Shown in pieces: positions 52,897 through 64,000 of a DNA stretch of 64,000 nucleotides. Below the pieces are notes generated by a model that was not told the DNA's origin, searched no databases, and saw nothing but the letters and a program-made list of their open reading frames with translations. The stretch is from Oikopleura dioica. Lineage: Eukaryota; Animalia; Chordata. The first letter of the stretch is position 1. Each line of letters opens with the position of its first letter. The DNA is taken from contig OU015566.1 of assembly GCA_907165135.1 (NCBI GenBank), positions 8,866,001 through 8,930,000 on the forward strand, given 5' to 3'. The position numbers and the translations under genes are program-made.

Positions 52897-55800
52897 TCAA
52901 TTACTGACGCTCGATCGCTGTCTTGAAATTGCAAAATAAATAAAACTAGCACAGGCAATGGCGCCAACTATTCTCAAGTCTACAATCTCACTCAACGCTT
53001 CAAGCTTCTTCTGGCCCCACGGTTTGGCCTTTTCCTTTTCTTTTAGAATTTGCAGATTTTGGGCAATCGCGACAGTCTTTGGTTCTGAAATAATTTCACC
53101 GAGCATCGAATGTTTTGTTGTCTCGGTGACGACGACGTCGACTCGTTTGCCCATCAATTCATCGCTGTTTCCTTTGACAAGTATTTGGTGATAAGATTTT
53201 GTGTGGCCGACAAGGGAGACTTTATCGTGCGCCATTTCCGTAATCAAGACGCTGTGGCGCTCGCCTTTTCTTCCCTCAAACGGCAAATAGCTAAAAGCAC
53301 AAGAATTATTCCGTGTCTGTTTGATTTATCTACAGTCGTAAACTGTAGTTGAACGTCAAAAAAGCAGAAGTGTCCAAGAAGGTGCACATGCAAAAAACAC
53401 AAAAAACGGATCAGCTGAGAAAATGCAATATTTGTCGAACTCTTGTCCCTGCTTTAGTCCCTTCTGGAGGCGACATTTCTCAAACAATATTTACCTTTTG
53501 AAGACGGTCGATAATTTTTTCGTTCGTTCTTTGATGATTTGACGCGGGATTTGCTCCCATTTTGCTGCCGGCGTGCCTGGACGCGGGAAGAATTGGTTCA
53601 TGAACAAACTAGGGAATTTGTACTTTTCGCAGAGCGATATTGTCTCGTCGAAATCTTCTTCTGTCTCCGTAGGAAAACCGGCGATGATATCTTCGAGAAT
53701 TTACTTTCCATCTTTACAATAGTTTAGTAGTCTACCTGTAGCGATGTTGCAATCGGGCACACTACTCCTAAGGGTGTCAACGACTTTGCAAAAGTCCTCT
53801 CTGTTGTATTCTCTTCTCATTGAATTCAGAACAGCGTCGGATCCGGATTGCACTGGCACATGAAGAAATGAGTAGACTCTGAACAAGAAAGTCCAGTCAC
53901 TCTTATATTGAAAAAAAATCTACCTTGGGTGATTTAAAATTTTGGCGATTCCCTCTAAATGCTCAAGAATATACGGCGGGTTTGTCATTCCTATTCTCAT
54001 CATGCATCCATCTGGAATGGTCTTCACAACAGCATTTAGAAGCTCAACAATGTTTGTTCCGATATCTCGTCCGTAAGCGCCTTAAATTTCTCTTGGGAAA
54101 AAGGAAATAGATTTGCTGTTTTACCCGTGTCTTCGCTGGTAAGCCAGATTTCAACGATTCCTTCCTGAAAAGCCTGTTCGAAGCGAGCGACGATCTCGTC
54201 GATTGGGTAACTCGCCAGGTCACCTCGAGCATGTTTCGTTTTGCTTCAAAGAAAATATTAAAATATGCAATCGTTGCGGATTGGAGTACAGTGACGATTA
54301 TAAGTGCAGCGATAGTGAAGCTTTAGGGGGCTTACCAGTAAGTGCAAGAGTTTAAACAGCCTGTATTTATGGAGATAATCTCAATCAACGCGTTTCTTCT
54401 TACTTTCGGAAGCCCCAAGTCAGCACCTCCGATTCTTTTTCCGGATCGCTTCTTGGGTCCAAGCAATTTCACCGTGTTTCCTTTCAGTGTCTCTTCCACC
54501 ACTAAATTTTTTGTGTTTTATGACGCCGAAATGACAAAGATGAAGAAGAATTGTCGAAAGCCAAATTTGCTTTTCAAAAGCGCCACTCGCACTTTCAATA
54601 AATTTAAAAAGCTGCATTTTTATTATCAATTCAAGTTCAATAAAACAAAATTTCAGAACGATATAGAACATTTCTTTTTTTCAGAGTTACTTTTCCTCGC
54701 AAATCCAAAACTTGGACAGGCCGTTTCTTGTCAGACCCCTTCCATCAAAGACATATCGAAACGATAATGGAAGCTCTGCAAATATCAAAATGATTGTCGG
54801 GCGATTTTTTGCATATCAAAATGATTATTTGCTCGTGTTTCATCGATCAAAGATAGTTCTCGGTTTTATATTTGCCTCAAACTGATCGGATAGTATTGAT
54901 CAAAATCAAGGTGTCAAATTTGTGTAAGACAAAAGGTAATATCGACATAAATAACAGTGAAAAATGAAGAAACCAAATGTACAGCTCAAAAGTCAACTGC
55001 TGAACTTTAGTTAAAAATGGATCTACTCTTTGACTTTCATAAAACTCGATAAAATATCAAAGCTAATTGCTCTAACTGTGCACAATAACCGTTAAATACT
55101 CTCGATTTTGAAATTTCTCTCTATTTTTCCTCTGCAAAAAATGTAAATTTACGAACCTTCAACGACCCGGTCAATCTGCTGTACGCCGATGGTAGAGAGG
55201 CCCTTGACAAACTTATCGCTGGGGGCTCCTTGAGGCACGCAGCCAGCAACGACGACTGGGATGTTTACTTTCTGCGCGGCGCTGATCGCATTCTTGAAAT
55301 GATCTTCTGCTGGCGCTTTTACGGTGCAGCTGTTCAACAACTTCAAAAATCAAATTTAAGACTCGTCAAATCTCAAGCTTGAATTCCAAAATTTGCGTCT
55401 AATAAAAATTTCGTCTTTACATAAAGCTGAAAGCTGAAATAATTCCAAATAAATTCGACGTTTTTAATAAAAGGAAAGAGCTTCTGTAAGCGGCAAATTA
55501 AAACTCACCCAAAGATCGCATTCCAATCTCTTCGAATCGTCAAGTTTAACATCATATCCCGCTTCCGCCAGCTAAAAGCAACCGTCTTAATTTCTGCCTG
55601 TCTCATGTGAAAATAAATTCTCTCAGATTTTGGGCGTCAATGTATCTCGTTTCTTTGGAAAATGCAGTCAATCCAATACGGGAAGGATAAACGGGCTCAA
55701 AGCCCTTTCACAATGGAATGATCTATTCATGACAGTTGATGAAAATGTTTCTATGGTGCCTTCATTGTCTCCCGAATCACAAAAACACGCTCGGCCAAAG

Positions 55801-56398
55801 TCAGTAGGTGACAATCGCCACTTTCTTCAATTATTAAAAGCTCTACAAAGTTCTAATCTCTAAGATTTTATCTTCCTTGATTCCAAAATTAAACATATTT
55901 CGGTCGAATATGAATTTTTGGTGTTTGCATTTTCCGTAAAACGAAATAGACAAGTTTACGGCAGAAGTTATTTGCCACCGGATGCGTTCAAGACAAATTA
56001 CCGAGCATAAAACTTAAACTCAATGCTAGAATAACTTGAATTGAGAGTCGATAATTCAAGTTCCAACATCGTTTATAAGACTCACTTGGCCGGCCATGTA
56101 CTCTGAATCGGAAGTGTTGTGAGTACATCCCCAGGTGCGCACGTAAATCTTTTGGCCCCGGGCGAAGCTTGAATCCGCCTCGACGGCCTCGGCATTGCGA
56201 ATTCTTCTTTTGTGGCGGCGAGTGACAACTTTCCCTTTGTTGAAATCACCATCTTCCCTGAAGGACAACAGTTGTTGATATATTTTTATGAGAACACGCG
56301 CCAAGCAAAGAAAAACATGCCCCGGGGCGAAAACTAAAAGTCAAAAACATGAAGTTCTACCTTATTTCTCCCTTATCCGCAAGATCTTCGATGTCCAT
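52897..56398 (-). CDS. CDKAL1: Threonylcarbamoyladenosine tRNA methylthiotransferase (radical SAM)
   Basis: [67 protein letters not shown] domain and a C-terminal TM helix. Confidence 0.95.
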
Positions 56399-56711
56399 TC
56401 TTTCTGATTCACACGAGCGAAATCTCCAACGGAACCGGCGAAATTGAAATGTCCTGTTTCAAATTGGAGATTTTCCAAATTTTTCTCTGTCTTTTTGCGC
56501 CTTCGCGATTGGGCGCGCCAGTTCTCAGAGGCCAATCATTTCTCAAACGGAGAATATCTCAATCGCTTTATTTCTTGATTTTATGCTTTTCAGAGATCTT
56601 TTCTCAAACGAGGGAGTAATTCATGAAATCAGAGAAGAAATTTTTGGAGAAAAATATGCGCTTTGAAGAAATTCTTTTATTTAAATTTTTAGACTGACAA
56701 ATCCGTAAAAA

Positions 56712-57970
56712 ATGTCAGCCACCAAACTTGTGCTAAAATCGACGACTTCCACCAGTCTCAATGATCGCTTCTCAAAAATCATGCGAAGTCGTCCAACTGA
56801 AGAGCCAACCAGGGTAAATGTCCAATCTTCTCTCTGAAAGATTCTGAAAATCTCTGTCGCCTGCTAGAATTAGGAAAACCCTAAAAACAAGCAGGCAACT
56901 GTCTCTTTTACTCTTCTGTTCTCAAAAAAATGCTCATTGCTCAGTCCAAAAAAAGGTTGAATCTTGCGAATTCGCCAGAAAACTCGATATGGAAATGTAG
57001 CTTTTGGAACGGGTTTATTAACTTTTATAATTATCAATTTTATTATGGAAATTAGAAATATACCCAAAGAAATAGAGAGAGAAGAGTATTCCAAACCTTT
57101 GGTACCACTAAGAGCTACAAACAGCTCAGGCTTTCACACCACTGTAATCTCACCGTAGTCCGGTATGTATCTCCCTCTTTAGCAGCTGTCTGGTGGTCGT
57201 ACTGGTGCTGGAATTGCCCCTGGATCCGAGAGAAACCGCCGATTTGCCGAAGAGCTCGAGCGTCGATCAGCACGTAATAGCGTTCTTTTGGAATTCTAGT
57301 TGGTAACAGATCTCTATTTTCAGCAGCTCGACGGCCCGTCGTTAACAGAATCGGCGATGTTGGCCAGGGGGGCGCTCGGGGATTCTCCGCCTCGCTCAGA
57401 CAATCTGGTATCAATAAGCGATCAGCCATGGCTGGACGAGTGGGAAAGAGAAACTCATCCGGCGGAGCTGGCAACTTGTCTGCCAGGCAATCGTAAGCAA
57501 CTCTGAAGGAATAAAGGAGAATAACGCATGTTCAGGGCAAATCGGGCTTTGGCAAAGGCCACATCAATGCTTCGAGACACGGAGCGCGAGTTGAGCCAGC
57601 TCAAGCATACCCAAGCAGCGCGGGGTCGAGGAGGCAAAAGAGGCGGTGCCACGAGAGGTGGCGCTACAAGAGGAGGCCGAGGAGGAGCTCGTGGTGGTGG
57701 ACGAGGAGGCAAAACCACCCGGTAAGGTTGTTAAAGAACCGACTTATCTGACGTTTATGTTTCAGAAAACCAGTTTCCGCTGAAGATCTTGATGCAGAGA
57801 TGGATTCGTACATGCTCAAGACTAAGGGCGGCCTCGACTCCCAACTGGATGAATACATGAGCAAAACAAAGGTAAAATCATCCCTTTTACCAACATATGC
57901 TAACTCAAATGATTTACAGAAAGGACTGGATGCACAAATGGACGAATACATGAACCAAAAAAGCTCATAA
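56712..57970 (+). CDS. CHTOP: Chromatin target of PRMT1 (FoP), TREX co-adaptor
   Basis: KLVLKSTTSTSLNDRFS, SERNRRFAEELE, an RGG box, and C-terminal (D/G)LD.(E/Q)(M/L)D.YM repeats. Confidence 0.88.
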
Positions 57971-58103
57971 ATAGCGACTTCTGCAACCCAACTGCCCCTC
58001 TAAATAGAGGCTGATTACACCATGATATCTGTCTCTAGAAAAATAAACTACGCCCTGTCGACAAAATTCAAATAAAAAGGATCTCTTATTCAGACCTAGA
58101 CAG

Positions 58104-60380
58104 ATGGTACAAGCGCCGTCAGAATTCGATTTCACCTTGACTTTGAGCAGTTTTTCGGAGGGATTTGATAAGGACTTTGTTGGGGGCAAGCCAAATGAGT
58201 TTATCTCCAGATATAGGTGCTCAATCATTTTTGATCGCTGAAATGATGGATATTTTAGCGCGACTCAGGGAACTGACGCAGACAAAAAGCAAGTAGCAGA
58301 TCAGTGCTTGAAAGTAAAGCTTCAAGAAGTTCTTGTCACAACCAGTGATATTTCTAGCGTCATCAGGTGAATATATAGCAGCCAAAAGTCTTCTTAAATG
58401 TTCAGTCTTTTGACTTTCGCAACTTCCTGCGCCAGAAAGGGTCTTTGCTCTGTTCTGACGCCACTGGCTCTCATTTCCGATGCACTTGAATGCTCTACTC
58501 TTGACGATTGTGAGAAGATCTTTGACTTCGTTGAGAAACAGACTCCAATTTGGAAATCAGCGCAATTTTACGTCAACGCTTGCAAAAACCAGCTCTTGCG
58601 GAACTGCAACGATCTTTTACGTCGACTTAGGAAAACGGTTAATCATTAAGTTTAATCGATAATTGAATAGAAAATTTTTAACCAAAAAGAGTCAATCGCA
58701 AAACAATGTTTTCTGCGGCCGGATTCACATTTTCCTTACCCGGATCTTCCCGATTAGCGAAAAGTCGGCGCTCAATTTGAACTCTAACTTCAATCTTGAC
58801 AACGAAACTGACTTTACTAGAATCGAAGACGACGAGACAGAAAACAGAGAGCTGTACAACAGTCTCTGGAGCGTGCAAGACTTTTTTCGCAATCCTCTTC
58901 AACTTTACGAGCCATCTAAATTCGCCGAGTTCGAAAAGGCTGTAAATACGATCAACACTGCTTTCACCAATTTCAAACTTGAAGTCAACGAAGATGAAGA
59001 AGAAAAACGAAGTAAAAAGGAAGTTGACTACGATTCGCTCGATGTGGAGATGAAATCCAATGGCCAAATCGTTTACTTCCCAAAATTTTTGACGTCGTTT
59101 AATCTTTTGGAGCTTCAGTTGAATGATCCGAGCTTCAGAAGACAGATTTTGACTGAGATTTTGTTCCTTTTCCAGTATCTCACAGGTAGATTACCATCAA
59201 TCATCCATTTTCATAACTTTTCTATTCAGGTTACGTAAAATTCCGATCAGCAACAAACGTCCTCCCCTTTGCCAGTCGAGAGTGGATTCGAAACACAGAA
59301 AAGACCATTTACGAGCTGCTTCAAGAAACGCCACCAAATGGCAAGAAATATGTGCTTTTCGTCAAACATCTCATCGAGCGAGAAGCCTTTTGGGTCAAGT
59401 GGAAGAACGAAGGCTGTCCAAGATTTATGCGCGAAAAAGATAAGGACGGAGCGTCGCGACCAAAGAAGAGAAAGACTATTTTTGATGATTATATGAGCGA
59501 CAAGAAACTTGGTATGATCCGATAAAGAAATTGAAAGGATATTACAAATTTTAGGACTCGGAAGCCCCGAACTGACGAAGCTCTGGGGTCGATCCTTGCC
59601 AAATCTGGAAGCGTGCAAGACAGAGAACCGCCAGTTCATTCCAAAGGTGCATACATTCTTCGAAGAAGCGATGGAGCACGCCGATCCAGCGAATGAAATT
59701 GAAGATCAATACAAGTGCTACAAGAACGCAGAGTTCGGATGGCGATCACTCCGACTTCTTGCTCACGCTTCGCCGCATTTCTTCTCCCTCCAGCCCGCGA
59801 GTATGCATCATTTGGCCGTGCCCAAGTATCTCGAGCATATTCTGAAGAAACTGCTCAAGGAGGTCGCTGACAAAGAGCCAAAGGAAGAGAATGAAGAGAA
59901 CAAAACTTTAGGTAATCCTATTATTTGCTAAAGCAATTGTTATAAATATAACATGTCTTAATAAAAACTTAAGACGCGGAAGCGGACACAAATGAGTTTG
60001 AAGATGAAAAAGAGCTTCTGAAAACGCCGCCGCGAGAGGAATCAGAAACTCCAGCGCCCGATGGAAGAGTCACATCCGAGCAGATAGACAAACTATCAAC
60101 GGAACTTGGCGACAAATGGAAGGAACTGGCAGAAGAGCTTCGGCATATAACAGCGAAAGACATTAAAAACTGCGAAGAAGATGCCGAGGACGATGCTTTG
60201 CGTGCGAGAATTGCCCTGGTAAGAGTAGAGTCCTATTGTTTTGTTCTATTTTTCATTTAGTGCACCTGGCAAGATAAAAATGGTGCAGAAGCAACCTCCG
60301 AGGTTCTTATGGAGACCCTACGAGCGATTGGCCTTGATGAAATTGCCAATAACGTTTTTGGAGAAAAAATGGAGCAATAG
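58104..60380 (+). CDS. THOC1: THO complex subunit 1 (Hpr1) with C-terminal death domain
   Basis: CKNQLLRNCNDLLRRL, VFCGRIHIFL..IFPISEKSALNL, YFPKFLTS..LLELQL.DPSFRR, WVKWKNEGC, and the death-domain segment LGDKWKELA. Confidence 0.95.
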
Positions 60381-60638
60381 TTTAAATTTCCCCTAAGTTC
60401 ACTGCCCCCTTTCCTTCACACTCATTTAGATAAATTTATCTGTCAGTCAATAAAGAGCAAATACAAAAAAAAAAACGAGTGGTAAATACGGGGCTACTCA
60501 TAACTTTCGTATTTGATATCATGAAAACAATGTCGATGAATCAAGTATTTATTCATTCAAATATAATTAGAATTTACTATAAATTAAGTAAATTGATTTA
60601 TTGGTAGCAGATTACGATGTTGACGAAGTTTCTAATCA

Positions 60639-61582
60639 TCACTCTTGCTTTTTTGGCTTCTTCGATTTTCGCTTTCGATATCGTCGTTTATGGGCTGGGG
60701 GCTGTGGAGGTGGATTTTCATCTTCGGGTCCAGATGATGGAAGGCCCTCTTCGTCGATCTTCTGTAGCATCGCCTTTTGCTCGTCCCCTCCCATCATATT
60801 TTTTACAAGAGCAATATGAATATTTTGCTCTTCGTACATTTTTATCTTCAGCATTGGTCGGAGCTTGTCAGCTTTCTTTTTTGCAGCCTTTTCTTTTTCG
60901 GGATTTCTTATGAACTCGTAGTATTTTACGCAGCACTGTCCTAGAAAAATGCATTCGCCGCAGTTAGCCATGATGTGACCCCTGTCATTTTGAACTTGAC
61001 GCTTGGGGAGATGAGATTCGTCTTCTTCCTTGTTTCCAGTAGTTTCACTTGTGGCAGGCATATTTTGAGTAGATGGCGATGCTTCTTGATTTGCCACTGA
61101 GCTACCTCCAGCCTTTGATGTTCTCTCATTATTGTTGTCATCAATATTGACGCTCGCAATTTCAGAAGAAATCGAAGCTACAGTCGTGACATCCTCATAA
61201 TCGTGTTCTGGTGAAATTAAGAAGACGAACAAAATAAGTTTTCTTACCAAAAACGTGATCCGGGTGACAGCGTGTCTGGCATCTAGTGCACATTTGCCAG
61301 GAACCTTTGAAAGCAACAGCTGATTTCCACTCTCGGCCGCACTTTTTGCCCTTTCGTCCTTAATTAAGCTTAGCCTTGATTTATAAAGATTACAAAGTTC
61401 TTACCTTTGCAAACATAAGTCCCAATTAGAAATCCATTCTTCTTTTTTTGCTTTGTTTTTACAAAATGACAGATTTTTTTGCATTCAGGACATTGCTGCT
61501 CATCCATCTGATAAGCGATGCTGGACCATTTGTTTTTGCATTTAACGTTGTCGCATTCAAAGTATCTCCTCAAAACTCCCAT
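60639..61582 (-). CDS. 3CxxC-type zinc-finger protein (ZCCHC24/ZAR1-like domain), 3 exons
   Basis: Two tandem C..C...W.S...Q.C..C modules and a distal HIMANCGECIFLGQCC (compare H....C..C..LG..C). Confidence 0.65.
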
Positions 61583-62570
61583 TTCAAGAAAAGAGCTTCT
61601 TTTCTCTCTGACAGTAAGTGATAACTACGGCGCGGTTTGCGCGTCTCTTCGTTTTTATGATGCTACAGTTTTCCTTTCGGAATGAGTTGCCGGCTTAAAC
61701 ACATATTTTTTAGCTGGTCGAAGCAGCACAAAGGAAAATGACGGCATGTGGTTCATAAACGCTCGTAAATACACACGCATTTTGTTTGAACAGTAATCTC
61801 CCGAAGGAAGCAGAGGGAAATGCTAGAGCGACGGTATGGTCGTCCTCTGGGACATAATTTTAATTTGTCGAAATTATTGAGCTCTTCTTTGATTTCCCGT
61901 GTTCAACGACTTTCAATCAAGAAGGGGGCAATCAATAACGATTTCTGTTTAATCTTGCTGATTTATAACAATTCTCATCGTTGTAAGCAAACTTTTTTGG
62001 TCTCATAAAAAGAACTCTGCCAAGTTCAGATTGTGAACTTTTGTTTGAATCAATAAATAATATGTTAAAAATAACTGATATAAAAATTTTCGATCGATAC
62101 TGTCGTTTGCCTGTAAAAAAAAAACTTAACTGAAATTTCAAAGAATCAAAGAAACGGTCTACTTTGGATAGTGCGCGGCTATAAATGTCAACCCTTATTT
62201 TTGGTCTCTCATCCCACGATTGGCGTCTTGAAAGAGCGAAGTTGCCCTGGCGGCGTGCCCAGCGCTGTCGGCGACGTCCACCCTCCGTGTGATTGATAAC
62301 TTTGATTGGGAAGGCTCTGGCTTTGTGGCGTGTGCCCGAAATCAGGCTGCCCGCTGCGAGCCCAGGGCGATTGTGCCCTTTTCACCACATTTTTAAACCT
62401 CGGGCCGGCACATATTTCCACCAAAAACACAGCTCATAAGCCAGTTAGAGATTTGTACAGATCCGAATTAAGACAAACTTGATTTTTCATGCAGACTTGA
62501 ACCTTTGCATTTATACTTTATGTAACCATTTCAAAGAGAGTGAGAGAACCTTGTTTGAAAATTTTAAATA

Positions 62571-63336
62571 CCGTGGTTTTCCATTTTAAGAGCGTTTTTT
62601 AGATGACAGGGTTTGCTTAAAACGCTCTTAAATTGGAAATTTTTCTATCGATATAGGACGACAGTGGTTATTTTCATTTTTCAGGGAATTTCGAAAGTAT
62701 GAAACAGAAAAGATCTAGAAGCAAAAGTAATTGTATATCAAGATGAGAACGTGAGTGATTTTTTCAGGATTTTGCTCGAGCGCTTTTTCTTAATCTGATC
62801 TCTTTCATTCTTCAAAATTTAAACAACGAAAATGCCAGGAGAAGAAAAGAAAAACACATGTCTTTGGCTTAGAAGAAAAAATATGCGCAGATTCTGGTGA
62901 AGGCTCAAAAAGAAAGGATGGGAGAAAGACTGTCATGGAGATCTAATAGATAATCCGAAGGAAAATGATGGGGAAGACATGCCTCAGGGTACATTTTCTA
63001 GCCTTTGTAGGAATAGGTAAATTAAATATCTAGGAATCAGATTAAAAGCAAAAGAGCTCCGACCCTGATGGTCCGTCGGCGATGGAGATTGAAGAAGAAC
63101 CTCAAGTTCAAATGACAGAAGGAGCCGACACTGCCAAACCATTGACTTTAAAATGGCCGGAAAAGCAGTCAGAGATTACACGTTTTAGTTAATGATTTAT
63201 TTGAGTCTAAAAATTTTTTGATTGCATAAAAATCTTCAAAAACGCTCTTAAATTGGAATTTTCGCAGATAACATAATTTGCAAAATGTTGGCGAAAACGC
63301 TCTTAAATTGGGCGCTCTTAAAATGGAAAACCACGG
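62571..63336 (+). mobile_element. Internally deleted pogo/Tigger-type (Tc1/mariner superfamily) element
   Basis: TA|CCGTGGTTTTCCATTTTAAGAGCG...CGCTCTTAAAATGGAAAACCACGG|TA, a 24-bp perfect TIR. Subterminal AAACGCTCTTAAATTGG repeats and transposase-like remnants inside. Confidence 0.88.
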
Positions 63337-64000
63337 TAACTACGGAATTCAAAATTCTTTCTAGATAGGTAAGATTCCTTTGTGTTTGTTCTGCCGGGGT
63401 CAAAAAGCGCCCGGTCCCTTCGCGGCAAAGCTGACCATCCCAAGGGCAGTGAGTCCCCCTTGGGAGGGTTAGGGAGATATGAGCAAAACGAATCTTCTTC
63501 TAGGTAGATGTTAATTAAGTTTTCCCCTAAACGACTGAAGAGAACGCCGAGTAAACTGGTCAACTATGAGAGAGAATCTGAAATTTTGAAAATACGAGAG
63601 TGAAATGTTCGGTGATTGTCCAAACGCAATTAGTAGACGAAAGAGAAACAGATTGACGTTTGGCCAATCGGCCTAAATAACTCTAAACTCGACGATATGC
63701 TTCGTGAAGACATTATTCACAGTTTCAAGAAATGGTTGTTATTTATAGAAATTGTTACTCACGTGCTTTCGATAAAAATATTCTCCAAGTCATAAAATTG
63801 GCACTTTAGGTGTCTCATAGAAGACTGTCAAAACGTCTTCGTTAACGCACTTACTCATGTGATTTGACATTTTTTCTGACGCGAATGGATTTAAACTGCG
63901 CTATAAAACAAGGTTGCCCTATCCATTCGTTTCAGTTACAAATAGTAAGTCAATGAATTTTAAAGTCGTTTTTCTGGTTTTGCTCGAATCTGTCCTTGCG

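Overview
Compact animal genomic DNA, almost certainly from the appendicularian tunicate Oikopleura (dioica or a very close relative). The basis is an exact 40-nt spliced-leader exon downstream of 5S rRNA genes, mostly ~40-60-nt introns with some non-GT donors, and operon-like gene spacing. About 20 intron-containing genes are recognisable: GTF2H1 (partial), HPF1, ATP synthase c, an LRRK-type ROCO kinase, a Cys-rich/beta-propeller protein, an MGLL-like lipase, a Ly6/uPAR-like protein, SMN, a SUMO-like protein, PAR-6, coronin, NUP93, SERP1, a long coiled-coil protein with a nested antisense gene, CDKAL1, CHTOP, THOC1 and a 3CxxC zinc-finger protein. Non-genic structure is rich: (i) a 1.4-kb palindromic 5S-SL/SL-5S cassette; (ii) a 4.95-kb apparently intact DDD transposon (Sola2-like) with ~430-bp TIRs and 17-bp subterminal arrays; (iii) a 3.2-kb non-coding hAT-type element with an 8-bp TSD, carrying three satellite arrays and a nested piggyBac-type MITE; (iv) an internally deleted pogo-type element; (v) a candidate structured ncRNA. 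All gene models were spliced by eye, so boundaries are approximate.
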